A stretch of 64,000 nucleotides of DNA from Chrysomallon squamiferum (Eukaryota > Animalia > Mollusca). How positions within the stretch are numbered: the stretch's first letter is position 1; every line of letters begins with the position of its first letter. The translations under genes and the position numbers were made by a program. The notes under the pieces are model-generated. The model ran no database searches. It saw only the letters and a program-made list of their open reading frames with translations, and was not told the DNA's origin. The stretch lies in the NCBI GenBank assembly GCA_012295275.1, contig CM022672.1:13640001-13704000 (forward strand), given 5' to 3'. Positions 54,829 to 64,000 of the stretch are shown here, piece after piece.

Positions 54829-57238
54829 TATATAGACAGATAGATAGCAGCAGAATATGTAGTTGTTGCAGCAACCACAGATCTAGTAGATCAAACTGTA
54901 GTTGGGTTATTTGTAATAATAATCAGAAGTAGTAGTAGTAGTACTGGTAGCAGCAGATTCCTTTTAGTCAGTGTAACAGTATTAGTCACAGTACCAAATG
55001 TCTGAAAATAAAAATATTTATTTCTTTTGTTAAAAAATGTGTTTACCTGTTATTAATAATAGTATGTATATAGTTGATGTAACAGTAGTATTATTATAGT
55101 TTATTAGTTAAATTTGGAAAATATCTTAGTAAGTAAATACTAAATAAATTATTTCACTACATTATCTTGCAGAGAGGCTGGTTGTACTCCATTTGCAGCA
55201 TCAATGATTGCTGACTATTTTTCGGAGTCGATGCGAGGAGCTGCTATGGGAATATATAACTGGGGTATCTATTTTGGTTACAGCATGTCTTATGCTATAG
55301 GCAACTTCATAACCTTAGCCAACATCAATAACCAGGTGAGAAACTTAAAAATATTTAAGTTAGAATTATCTGCTTCAGTTACAGTATGCCCTATACTATA
55401 GGCTACATTATCACTATAGCAGACGTCAGTAACATTTGTTTTGAGTATTGCTGCTCTCTTTTTTTAAGGGAGGATGAATGTTTTTATTTGTTTTTATTAA
55501 TTTTTTAAATAATAAATTTATATGATATTCCATGTCAATATTTAACAAAGAAAACAAAATTTGTTACTGTTTTTGATTTTCAGTGAATTTTGAAGTTCAG
55601 AATTATTTTACAAGAATCTCAGGATTTTTAGATTAATTTCTTATTCAGAAGCTTTTAGGTAAGGCACAGTGAGAAGAAGAAGAATAATTTTTTTTATCAG
55701 TACCAGATAAACAAAGTCGAGAATAAACTAACTCTAAATCATTTAATACTTTTAACACTGCTTAATCAACCCAGAACATATTGTTAATATTAATAAAGTC
55801 TTGAAAACGTGAGACATTTTATATTTTACAGGGATGGCGATGGACGTTTTTCATATCTGGAATTCCTGGTGTCATAGTGGGACTCATGATTCTTGCCACT
55901 GTGAAGGAACCAGAGAGAAAACGAGCCCAGCCAGTGACAGACTTTCGACAGAATGATTCCAGAAGTAGCACAACAAAAATCAGATTAATGACTGCCTTAA
56001 AGGCATTCCTTAGACCCTCTATCTTACTGCTGTGTATTGCTGGATCTTTCAGAAATGCAGGTAGTAACATTAAAAAAAATATATAAATATTTATGATAAT
56101 GTAAATAATAAATGTTAAAAAGTTTAATGGACTAAATAATACTAGTTATGTGTTGTGGATAATATTTATGATAGTAATAATTTTTTTATATATATAATAA
56201 ATTTATATCATTTGTCTGTTCTTTTCAGTTTTTTCAGTTTTATATAATCATCTTCAAGTTTTGCATTTTACTAATTAATCCAAATTCGTTATTACAAATG
56301 CTTGTAACATTAATGTTTCTGTGTACTTCTGTAGTTTTATTTTTTAATATATATATATTTTTGTTTGCAGCTGGGTATGTGTGGGCTTACAACACTCAGC
56401 TGTATTTTGATTCTATCACTGGGACTGAGACAAAACAGCTGGTTGGAACGTACATGTCTTGGATTCCTCTTGTTGGTGGAAGTATTGGAGTTGTGCTCGG
56501 AGGTTTCATCTCTGATGTGCTTGTCTACAGGAAGGGTCTGCATTTCAGAGTCATCATTCTTGTGGCCAGTCAGGTATGAGTGGGTGTGACTTCATATTTT
56601 TGTAAATGATTCACTTTTTAAGCTAGGAAAGTTGAAATGTAGATACAGGCATTAAAATGTCGAGCAGTTATATGGTCCAGTCTATATAACTCAGTATTTT
56701 GTTTTTTTTTATTATTTATTTTTGGTGTTCTCTGTTATTCTCATATTGTCACACCAATGTATTTATTATTAATGTAATAGTCATGCTGTCACTCTAATAT
56801 ATTTATTTTTTAATGAAATTCTCATACTAGTACTCCAATGTATTTATTTTTAAATATAAATTATATTACATGTACACAAATATATTTGTTTTTAACATTT
56901 TGTCAGTTAAATGGTACTGACAAAATTTATCACATTAATTTATTTTTCTAAATTATGTCATTTAAAGTTAAGTGATGATTTATGTTACAGAATGTTAAAG
57001 TTATGAAATGTCTGTTGCTACAAATAATTATGATTAAGAAAAACATTTTGTTTTAGATTCTGGCAGCTCCATTTGCAGCAGGGACATTGTTTCTTGATCC
57101 TCCATATGCATTCTTAAGCCAGATTCCTGCCTACATAATTGGTATTTAAATAATTTCTTTACAGAATACATATATTATACAATTAACTTTTGCACTAATG
57201 GAAATAATAATAATAAAAGCAGTCTTAATAGTTATTAA

Positions 57239-57308
<70 letters not shown>

Positions 57309-58323
57309 GTAACATTTGCTTGATTATGTTTACCATTTTATTATTTGCTTTTATAATTTGACTAAATCAGCCTAGCAATTAAATATTGTATTTTTTTTCA
57401 GAATTGTTTAATTAAACAGCTTTAGATTAATATTATAAATTCTGGATTTGAAATCCAGAATACCACTAGAAAACAATAATATTTTATGAATACTACTAAA
57501 TAATTTTCAGTGATGGATGCTGAAATTGTTTCACTTGATTACAAATCACAGCTAATTTCTATTTCAGGAGAGATGTGGGTGGGGGTGACATTGACTGTGT
57601 TAGTTGAACTCGTTCCATTCAGTATCCGCACTTCTGCAGTAGCAGTGTATCTGTTCATCATCAGTAACATAGGTGGCACCATGCCCTTGCTAGTACCACC
57701 CATACAGAAAGCTTTTGAGACCAGCGGCTTCACTACAACAGATTCTCTGAGAGGTAAATACACTTCTTGAAAATAAATATTTTATGGTTTTATCTCTAGT
57801 CAAAACAGTTAAAATAATCATGATGGATAAAAATCATTAACAGGATACACATTTCTAAATGCAAAATCTTTGAATATTTTTTCTTGTTCCATAAATATAT
57901 ATTTTTAATATGGATAATAATCCATATTGTGATATGTTGTTTTGGCTTCTATTTCTGCTTTCTTGTATATTTACTTTCTGATTTTCTGAAATTCAAACTG
58001 ATGATATAACTTCATTTTCTTAACAAAATAGTTTCAACTGCTGTTATTACTGTGGTCCTCAACAATATTATCCTATAAATGTATTAAAAGTACTTTGAAT
58101 GGGCTGTATAGTACCTTATAGCAAAATCTCCAGATATTTACAATTCACTGATTTTTTTAATTTGATTTTTTTAGGTGCACTTTACATCTTGTATCCTGGA
58201 CTTTATGTGCTTGCATCTGTGTTGTTCTTGCTTACAATGTTTGTGCTGAAGCGTGATCAACAAAAAGTGCTGGCATATACTCCACTGATCTCACAAAACG
58301 ATGATGAAAGCAAAGATGAGTAA
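51748..58323 (+). CDS. Major facilitator superfamily transporter, Spinster-like (about 518 aa), 9 coding exons
   Basis: Exons 51748-51799, 52702-52924, 54303-54569, 55173-55335, 55832-56060, 56371-56573, 57057-57141, 57568-57753, 58175-58323; GT-AG and phase-consistent. Motifs: TM1 LLNQLDRY, motif A GFAADIYNRK, LRFGLGMGEAGCTPFAASMIADYF, GWRWTFFISGIPG, EPER, GGFISD. The start is uncertain because the frame is open back to the acceptor at 51684. Confidence 0.92.
53965..54240. repeat. Long imperfect (ATT)n array
   Basis: ATT/ACT/GTT triplets with an internal higher-order duplication; similar arrays at about 8317-8397, 49395-49448 and 57238-57308. Confidence 0.9.
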
Positions 58324-58967
58324 CTACAAGAATATAGTTTGGGAAAGTATATTATCTCTGGAATTCAGAGAATGATCTTAGTTTCTGTGATACAATAATG
58401 TCAGATTTGGCCAGTAAGATCTGTGAATTTGATTTTTTATCATGAGTTACATGTTATGTCTTTTCTACATTAATTTAGCTAAGTATAAGTTGTTTAAATA
58501 TTGAACAACTACTTATTTTCTATTTAATAATTGATTTGTGATTTCTCTGTATGTATAATTAAAGAGTGTAAGTTTGGATCTAAGTGTGTGTGTGTGTGTG
58601 TTTGTGAGTGTGTTTTGAAAAATTTTCTGTGATAAGCATGTCATGTTATTTAGCTATTATTGTGTGTGATTTAAATTATAAAACTTTCTTCTTTTTTTTT
58701 TTAATGTATTGTACTGACATATATTCATGTATTTTTATAAAGATACCTATTTTTATTTTTAAATGTACCAGGAGTTATTTATTTTGTGTATGGTACTAAA
58801 AACTATACATCATGCGTACAGAGATGTGTGTGTGTGTGTGTGTGTGTGTCTGTCTGTCAGTCTTGTGTGTGTGTGTGTATGTCTGTCTGTCTCTGTGTGT
58901 GTGTGTCTGTCTCTCTGTGTGTGTGTGTGTGTGTGTGTGTGTCTGTGTGTGTGTCTGTGTCTGTACA

Positions 58968-59371
58968 CAGGGTGTCCCATAAGTTTCCATACATATGGTT
59001 TTTAACATTGTATTTTTTAATTTGGTATTAATGTACGTCAGTGGTTAGATCAGCAGTTTCCAGGTGCATGGATTGGTTGGCGTGGTCCTGTGGAATGGCT
59101 TCCCAGATCCCCAGACCTTACCCCACTTGATTTTTACCTTTGGTGGCATTTGAAGGCCATGATGTATCAGGAAAAAATACACAACATAAATTATCTCAAG
59201 CAACGTATGACCAACGCTGTGCTTGAGATTGTTCTTCAGCAGTGGAGGACACACAATGAACTGTGTTTTCAACATAATAGCAGTCATGTAGAGCATATTA
59301 TATAAATAAAAATGGTTTTTCAAATAAAAACATTCATTTTTCCTATGTATGGAATTTTATGGGACACCCTA
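58968..59371 (+). mobile_element. Internally deleted (non-autonomous) Tc1/mariner-superfamily DNA transposon, about 400 bp
   Basis: Terminal inverted repeats cagggtgtcccataagtttccatacata ... tatgtatggaattttatgggacacccta, with TA on the right flank. Internal transposase remnant NVRQWLDQQFPGAWIGWRGPVEWLPRSPDLTPLDFYLWWHLKAMMY matches the WPPRSPDLTPLDFFLWG motif. Confidence 0.92.
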
Positions 59372-60015
59372 TATATATATAATTTTATAAATATTTCATT
59401 ATACAATCAGTTTATATTTATTTCATTGCCATTTTAAATCAAAAGGTATTTTCAATATATAAAAAACACAGAATTTCAAAGTGGGATAAGCAAGATCTCC
59501 AAAAATATTACTCAACTTTAATTAATACTCTCATTTATATTATTTTTTAGTCTTGGCTGTCACAGATAATTATTAAATTTATAAAAATTACTTATTTTTT
59601 AAATTTTTAAATTTTATTTAATTTAATTTATTTATTTTATTTATTTTATTTTTTTGTTTGTTTTATATATTTTTTTTCTTCACACATAAAAACTATTGAG
59701 ATTATTTAACTTTGTCATTAGTGGTGAGACAGTGCTTCCAAGAACTGTTTCGTTGCATTTATCAAAAACCATTTTCTTTCTGTGTATTGTATATTTTATT
59801 TATAATATTTAATATCTTTCTAAATTTATAATCCATCTGTTGATAAAAAAAAGTTTCTATGAATGTTTTGTATTGTTTTTACTTCAGATCAGTCACAATA
59901 TTTGTGATACATAACAACTGCTGGTTTAATGTTTAAGTGCTTTTCCTGACAAATAATTCATAAATCCAATGTGAATAAAGGGAAAATATGATTCAAATTT
60001 TTTTTTTTTAAAGTC

Positions 60016-60292
60016 ATAAAATAAAAATTAGCTTTTGAATACATTAAACAGATTATTTAAATAATAATAATAAAAATATAATAAAATACAAATTAGCTTT
60101 TGAATACATTAAACAGATTATTTAAATAACATTAAGAAAAATATAATAAAATACAAATTAGCTTTTGAATACATTAAACAGATTATTTAAATAATAATAA
60201 GAAAAATATAATAAAATACAAATTAACTTTTGAATACATTAAACAGATTATTTAAATAATAATAAGAAAAATATAATAAAATACAAATTAGC
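60016..60292. repeat. 65-bp AT-rich minisatellite, about 4.2 copies
   Basis: The core (g/a)cttttgaatacattaaacagattatttaaataa starts at 60031, 60096, 60161 and 60226, with a partial copy at 60291. Confidence 0.92.
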
Positions 60293-63101
60293 ATATTTAT
60301 TATTAGCAGTTATGTTAAATATGTTAATAACTCACTCATTTTCATTTATTACAGAAAAATTGGATAACACATTCATTAAAACAAAACGTGAACAAATTTA
60401 AGTAATAGTCTGGATATTTGTGTTAAAAAAAGAAAAAGGAAATACAGTTGGCGGAAATAGTTGATATAAAAGTACAGTAGAAAATGTTAAAAATCTGATA
60501 AATACATTTTTATTTGGAATTACTTGGTGAAATTTATACACATAGGTAAAAAGTGTGATGTATCTATAACATAAGAGGTTTTCTCAACATACACTAAATT
60601 AAACTTGTGGAATTAAGTATTTATTTCATTTTATGGAATCAGCTTAACCATAAGATTTCAGCTACCCAAGTATTGTTTGTGCAAATACAATAAAAAAAAA
60701 AAAAAAAACCCAAAACCTCCAAATCTATCTAAATGTGTTTTGCATTATTTTGCCTATAACATATCCCATTTTATTTACATTTTTCCAAACTGTTGCCCCT
60801 CATGTAAATAGTCTTAAATTTAATGCAACTCACTCATTTATACACACACAAACATATATATGCATATCCATACATATACACACACGTAATAAAGCTGACA
60901 ACTCCATTAAATATTCTGTATGCAATCAGCAGATTAAAAAACATTTTTCCTTGGTTCATATTCTTATCTTTATTATTAAAAAAATAACAATAAAACAAAA
61001 CAATAAAAATTCTCCGAAATTTAATTTTTATTATGTCTAAATGTTTCCTACAAATCAAAAACAAAATACAACAAAATAAAATCAAACAATTACTTAACGT
61101 CTGTTTTAGGAGTTCTCAAAATTTCAACAAAAAATTAAAAATTGAGCTACATGCCCATGGCATTTTAAATGGATCCCTAACATCCCTATTTAGAATTAAA
61201 TAAATAATACTACCATCAGTTTCAAATCACTACATTTACTTTAAAGAAAAAAGCCTGTATCTTACTTTAACACTTATCTTTCAAGGTTATATGAAAAATG
61301 ACGGGGTTAGTTTTGGGGTGGGCTGTTTATAATGAAATTAATCTCCATATATTAATCTCTTTTCTGAAATGTTGGATCTGACCCTGCTCGAATCTAGATT
61401 CTGTTTTCATTAAAAATACGAAACATAAAAATAAAACTCATATTGAAACATTCTTTTTCACGAATTTAACATGTATACAAATGAAAAAAAAAAACAACTA
61501 TACAAATCTGTTTATTTACAAAATAAAAGCAATTTAACCAAATAATAATTAATCAAAACTGGCAGGAAACTAAATGCTAATTTTTCTTATATAAAAAAGT
61601 ATTTATAATAAATAAAAAAGATACCAGGATGATGAATTCATTATTGTTTCAATTGAAAAGGGCTGTTTACATCACAAAAAGAAAAGGTTATGATAAATAA
61701 ATAATTACTTCCACAACCACATTTATATATATATATATCAAGCCTGGAATTTGCTTTTAACTTCAACAAAATCATGAATTTATTTTTCTTTAAAACTATC
61801 TTCAGAACTAAATCAATAATTGTACTGTTATTTTGCAGGGTTTTTTTAGGTACTGTTTACAATATATATATATATATATTTTAATTTCAACATTTTAAAA
61901 TTATTACGAATTTAGTTTTTTTTATATCAAATTTATTTTGAAATTAACTTTTACGCATTTAGGTTCTATCAGTTATTCTTATATTCATATTTAATTTTGT
62001 TGAGATGTATGCTTTAGAAATCCCTTTATATTTTAATATAAAATTCTTGTCTTGGACAGAATTGATGAGGTCAGAGGTCATGTATGTTTAGACAATTCTG
62101 TGACAAAATCAGTCTGAAAAATATTCACCTTAGCCATCCATAGTATAAAATAAATTTTTAAAGTATATTTCATCAACAATTATAAAGCTATTCAGTCTGT
62201 AATGTGAAAGCATTAACTAGTTATTATAAACTGAATAAAATAAATACACGCAATACACACACACACACAGACACACACGTATATATAAATGTAAACCATA
62301 CATCAACTAAATAATGTAATCAAACTGATTCATTTTTATAATAGATCTAAAAGCATTAAAAAAGATATAATTACAAGAAAAATTTTAATATTTAATATAA
62401 TTGTAATAATTAATATTTTACTGCAACTTTTATTATTAGTAAAGCTTGGCATTGAGATCAAATGGGACAATCATTTGGAAGTACACAAAAGTACTGACAA
62501 TTTGCAAACACAGCCACAGATATACACTTAACATTATTTTTTCTTCTATTCTTCACGACAAAAATAACATCTGTAAAATGGAAGATAAATTTTCAAACTG
62601 TTATTTCATAACCAGTACTTTTTTATTCGAGAATAATTTGATTTATGTTTTTCTTGGGAAAAGATGCAGAATTTTCAGCTGAAAACACACACTTCTACCA
62701 GTCACCGTCAGAATTACAGGATACTTTGGAAAACAGCAACAACAACAATAATAATAATATCAGTTTTGTAAAATGAAAGGAATTTAGAGTCAAATTTTTA
62801 ATATTATTAATTTTTAAATCGACACAATCACATTGGTGACAATCAAACAGATATCATACATTTAAATTTCAAAATAACAATCGTATTGTTCATGGAAAAA
62901 CGACACCGAATTCTCAGCAAAAATTTTTACATAATCCTCGTTCGTGTTATTGGATAACAATGGGAACTATAATGCTGTAAGCTGAACACACATCAATGTG
63001 TAATTTACAAACGGCAAATAACGACTGCTGTCTGTGAAAATATAAATTAGTATCACAATACACAAAGTTTACACTGGTGGGTTGCTGTACTCATTTTGTT
63101 T

Positions 63102-63548
63102 TTAATCATTCAGTGTCCATGGTTTCTTGAAGTATTCTTCATGAAGAGGAGTGCCGTGTGTGGCATCAAAATCTATCATGTGCCGGGAAGCCTACAGCAA
63201 AACAATAATAAATTTTATTACTATTATTATCATAATAATTATCAACATTATTATATATCATCATCATCATGTTATTATGTTATCATCTTTGATTATCATT
63301 ATATATTTTCTTTTTTGGTTTTTTTTTGAGGCAGAATCTGAATATTTTTATTTAAAATGTATTTGTGGCTGATTTAGATTTTGGGTTTTAATTCCATAGA
63401 TAGATAGATAGAGAGACAGAGAGACAGAGAGAGAGAGCCCTAAATCTCAGCATATTGTACAAAAGCACTTATTCATACATTATAAGTTCTCATAAACTTA
63501 CCAAATACAAAACCATTTGATTTTTCTCCTGCTGACTCCAACCAGTCC
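63102..63548 (-). CDS. ABHD16A: Phosphatidylserine lipase ABHD16A (BAT5), last two coding exons; gene extends beyond the right edge
   Basis: Exons 63548-63502 and 63191-63102 join in frame to give TGWSQQEKNQMVLYL|ASRHMIDFDATHGTPLHEEYFKKPWTLND*. This matches the ABHD16A C-terminus as I recall it (RRQLALFLARKHLHNFEATHCTPLPAQNFQMPWHL), including the catalytic His. A further donor GTAAGT lies at 63997-63992. Missed by the ORF track. Confidence 0.85.
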
Positions 63549-64000
63549 CTGAAATCAGAACAAAAAAATTATCATTAATAAACTTGTAAATAAAACAACA
63601 ATCATCAACAAATGAATCTGTAACAACAAACAAATTTTTTTAATACTAATAGTTTATTAGTAACTCATTATAATATTTTTTTTTTTTTTTTTAAATATTT
63701 TATTATAGTAATGACTGTAATGTTACAAGGAAAAGAGTAATTGCTGCTACCACATAGACTACTGTTACCACTTTAGACACAGCTTCCAACTGTAATATTA
63801 AAGGTCTATATCCACAGGCATATTTGGCAGCCTTAGCATTATCTCAGTAATGTAGTGGAACATAACAATATGTAAAATGTCTTCAGCTTTAAGTTGTAAC
63901 AGTTAACCATTTTTTTAAGCTTTGGCATTTAAACATGTTCATTATTTGTCATGTCAGAAAAAAAAAAAAAACTGCACAGCAAGAGAACCATACTTACAGA

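Noticed and set aside
53999-54932. Poly-L/I/Y and poly-ER/SL ORFs here and elsewhere in the ORF track
   Set aside because: Translations of microsatellites.
57439-57461. Short intronic hairpin (11-bp stem); similar one at about 36177-36201
   Set aside because: Too short for a miRNA precursor; no other support.
60016-60292. Regularly spaced repeats that could be mistaken for a CRISPR array
   Set aside because: The intervening sequence is also repeated (no unique spacers), the context is eukaryotic, and there are no cas genes.

Overview
AT-rich, intron- and microsatellite-rich animal genomic DNA; the gene content points to a lophotrochozoan, probably a mollusc (inference). I assembled gene models by hand from GT-AG splice sites and checked reading-frame phase across every junction. 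Six protein-coding loci: (1) first coding exon of laminin gamma-1 (-), with the rest of the gene beyond the left edge; (2) complete 7-exon VAMP4 (+); (3) a 17-exon, about 1404 aa gene (-) made of a long disordered region plus a C-terminal gamma-glutamyl cyclotransferase (GGCT)-like domain that appears to lack the catalytic Glu; (4) a secreted neuropeptide precursor (+) with a Cys-rich N-terminal domain and 12 [Y/F/W]G[T/R]x peptides, i.e. opioid/proenkephalin-like architecture; (5) a 9-exon Spinster-like MFS transporter (+); (6) the last two exons of ABHD16A (-). Also present are an internally deleted Tc1/mariner element, a 65-bp minisatellite, several degenerate tandem arrays and many microsatellites. 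The strongest candidates for follow-up are the opioid-like precursor and the GGCT-pseudoenzyme scaffold gene.
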